A stretch of 64,000 bases of DNA, filler included, from Circinaria calcarea (lineage: Eukaryota): NCBI GenBank assembly GCA_051942165.1. It is 22 parts of 22 records of this genome, joined end to end, with 100 filler letters (N's around TTAATTAATTAA, not from the genome) between each part and the next. Parts side by side here need not be neighbours in the genome. Positions count along the whole stretch, not along the records: positions 61,298 to 64,000 come from JAVECS010003317.1; 21 more parts are not named here. One strand, 5' to 3'. Made by a program: the position numbers and the translations under genes. Positions 61,298 through 64,000 of this stretch are shown here, in pieces. The notes beneath the pieces are model-generated. The model had not been told where the DNA came from and searched no databases. It saw nothing but the letters and a program-made list of their open reading frames with translations. How positions within the stretch are numbered: position 1 is the first letter of the stretch; the number at the start of each line of letters is the position of its first letter.

Positions 61298-61491
61298 AGG
61301 GAGAAGAGGTAAGCTTCTTCGGCTGGATAAGGTGTCCCCTTGCGTACTGACGGGATGGCGCCGGCTGCCGCGTAAAGCTGATGGCCAAATGGTTCTGCTT
61401 TCGGACGTCCCAAGCGGCCAGTGTTAGGAGATTTGTTATTCCGCACGGAAACGGAGCTTGGTGCCCATCTGGATTTCATTAGATCTCCCAT
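61298..61491 (-). CDS. Possible N-terminus of a hypothetical protein (MGDLMKSRWAP...)
   Basis: Open frame from an ATG to the contig edge only. Confidence 0.3.
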
Positions 61492-63570
61492 TATGATCTT
61501 TAGAAGGCAGCTGGCTAGATATATATGTGGATGAGGAACCAAAAGCAACAGGATAGCAATCGAGAGAAAGTAATGGCGGAAGCTCTCCTGAAATGCTTCT
61601 AGTCAACCGGGGAAGTTGGGAGATGGTAGTGGAAGGATGGTAGGAGAAAGAGCAAGCAGAGAGGATGTTATATACTAATGTCCAGCCTCTCGGTCAGGAT
61701 CGAAAGGTGCCGAGTCATATGCTATGTACCTCAGTCGGAGTTAAAATGCGTTGAGTCATATATAATGACTTTGTTAGTTAGGTAATAGAGTTTATGTGGA
61801 TAGCGTTTGCTAAAGGCATGGATATTGATACCCACAGAACCTATCCACTAGAAATATCCACCTGTGCCCAGTGCTGTCATAACCGTAAGATCAGCGGCTG
61901 CAATTTTGATCATATTTCGGTAGCTAAATTCCGTCTCCTCCACTCGTCCCATATGGCTATCCAGCGCATTCAAATACCGAAAATCTCATATTCAGTCTAT
62001 CTGACCATAACTATCATTTCCTGAGAGTTAAAAGCCGTTTCCTACCAGTTGTTGGTGATGTTGTCTGCGCTCTTCCGCCAGCTAGTGCAGTTAGCATCAG
62101 AATACGGGGTAGTCTTTAGTTTCTTTTGAATGTTTCCATTACAAGTTTGAACTAGTTTGCGCTTTGGCACCAGTCCCAAGATCTTACCATGTTTGCGCGC
62201 ACTAGGGACCGCTTGGACGAGCTTAAACCCTCCACCCTTCTCGATGGCTGTAACGTTCCGCGTTTACGCTTCTTTGAATAACTGATGGGTGTAAAGATTT
62301 CTAAGAGAGATGGTTACTCTATTTAAATAGCTCAAACTAGAATACATGATACTTAGCAGACATACCGACCGCAATGATCACCACACATGCGCTCATCTAG
62401 TCTTTATTGGCTTAGCACATTGGGCCATGGCGTTGATTTACCCGCGTTTAAGAGTGACGCGTACCAAAAGAAAGTTAAAATATGAAATGACCCGACATGG
62501 GTGTACTATACATAAGATTGGGAAAGAGCTTAATTAATTCAGTTTTTCTGAGAGATGCCCCATGTCAGGAAGATTTAATGATGAAGTCATAGTGAGGAAA
62601 TAACATTTTATAGACATATATCAAAGAAATGAGAATGACGAATCGGGTCAAGAAGATCAATCTGCTCGACATTTTACTGTTACACACTATTAATCGGTCT
62701 TCCGGTCCTTTGTTCGTGCTATACCGACCAAAGCCCAAATTCTACAGACTACCGTACGGGATCTGTCCCGATCCGAACTGCTCGTTGGAATTCAATATCA
62801 GCGAAGTATCACACTTGGTTAAACATTCGGAAGCTCCGAATATAGTTATGATCTAGCGATATACCTTCGATCGCACAACCAAGTTTTAATTGTCTCATTG
62901 TTGGACAGGCACTCCATAGGAGCTGTTCATCCTGGTAGTCTTAACCTTTTCGCAAGGTTATCTCGCCTTGTATTTAAGTAATGGGTCTTGGTATTGTAGG
63001 TTTACTACAATTCTTGTAACCCCTTGACAACCATGCTCCAGTTTCGTTTCTCCAAGGGCCTTTATATTGTTTCCCAGACGGGAGCAATGTATCTGTATTA
63101 CTTCGTAAGTGATTAGCTTCGAGGGCACCTTACGCCGGTAACTGCCTCGCCCAGGCCAATACCGTATTACGCAGTTTACGGTCTTGCTTAAGGCCATGCC
63201 TTTAATCGTAGAGTATACTTCCGGGGATACATGAGAGAAACGTCCGACTCTGCCAAGGTCCACTAAACTGCAGGTGCCGTTGGCGCGGTTAAGCAGTAGC
63301 AACAGCTGCAGCTGTAGCAGGCACGAAGAGGCTCTTAGCCGACCGGAAAATGCAAGTCGATGTGGTTGTATGCCGAAAATTAATATGCCAACCCTATTGT
63401 CCTCGGATGGAGAAGTGAAGGATCATCTGCCCCACGTCGTTGCAGAGTCCAAACTGCCCCCTCCAAATGCTCCGCTTTCAACTCAGCTAATTATTAACCG
63501 TCAACTGTTCAATGTAGCCAGAAAGGCTCAAGTTAACTTCATTTCTGGAGGCCGCTAGGGAGACTGCATA

Positions 63571-64000
63571 ATGGCAGACAAACGTCCCGACTTGTAAGGA
63601 AAGCTCTCTCCTGACATTGCGCACTCACTCCGACCATCGCGTTTGTTCTCCTGATCCGCAAAACTACAGACACATGACATAGGGCTAATCCGTGTGTTTT
63701 TACAGTCACAAGCGCTCCAAATCATATTTGGCCCTGTCTATACTGCATCGAGAACGCTCCAGGGCAGATGACAAGCTCGACGATGCCTCCGCTACCTCCA
63801 GCCCAGTCTCCGCCTCGGGGTCTCCTACATCTTCCCAACTCGGACTCAATCACCTAAACCCTCAAAGATCAAGACCGCAAACCTCTGAACCCGGGGTCGT
63901 GGAGTCAACCTCGGGCGCGGCGGGTGACGCTTCGAGTCAGGAACCGACAAACACGGGTAAACAGGGAATCAGTATTGAACAGTCCGTTCGCATGTTTCGC
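63571..64000 (+). CDS. OSH1: Oxysterol-binding protein Osh1/Osh2-like, N-terminus
   Basis: MADKRPD, GTAAGG..CAG intron (about 63594-63705), HKRSKSYLALSILHRER...SIEQSVRMFR, matching from recall the N-terminus of filamentous-fungal ankyrin-PH OSBPs. Confidence 0.75.

Overview
This window is not one locus. It is 22 short, unrelated fungal contigs (filamentous-ascomycete-type genes with GT-AG introns) of about 2.80-2.83 kb. They are sorted by decreasing length and joined by 21 artificial 100-nt linkers (44 N, TTAATTAATTAA, 44 N), so neighbourhoods only mean something inside a contig. Recognisable, mostly truncated genes: MTC1, DPH6, probable SEC59, MHF2/CENP-X, S28 peptidase, class II peroxidase, APH-like kinase, DCAF4/WDR21-like WD40, a Ser/Thr-rich secreted protein, a fungal transcription factor, a HAD phosphatase, SHE9, MET16, MPO1, an isochorismatase-like protein, DUG2, a P-loop GTPase, SET9, two P450s, VPS28, an ankyrin protein, an F-box/LRR protein, IKS1, NoxC-like oxidase and OSH1-like. 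There is also an intron-containing tRNA-Ile(AAT). Family calls come from motif recognition, not database searches. Most notable: (1) a 589-bp Harbinger/Tourist-like MITE (53-bp TIRs, TTA target duplication) between two tandem P450 genes that both carry disabling lesions; (2) two oppositely oriented related elements with GCCCTGAAACG-type termini and internal TATGC arrays; (3) a zinc-finger protein ending in CX3CX2CX2C plus VDF, a possible Fe-S client; (4) several pseudogenes. Single-base homopolymer indels look like sequencing errors. I found no convincing novel multi-gene system.
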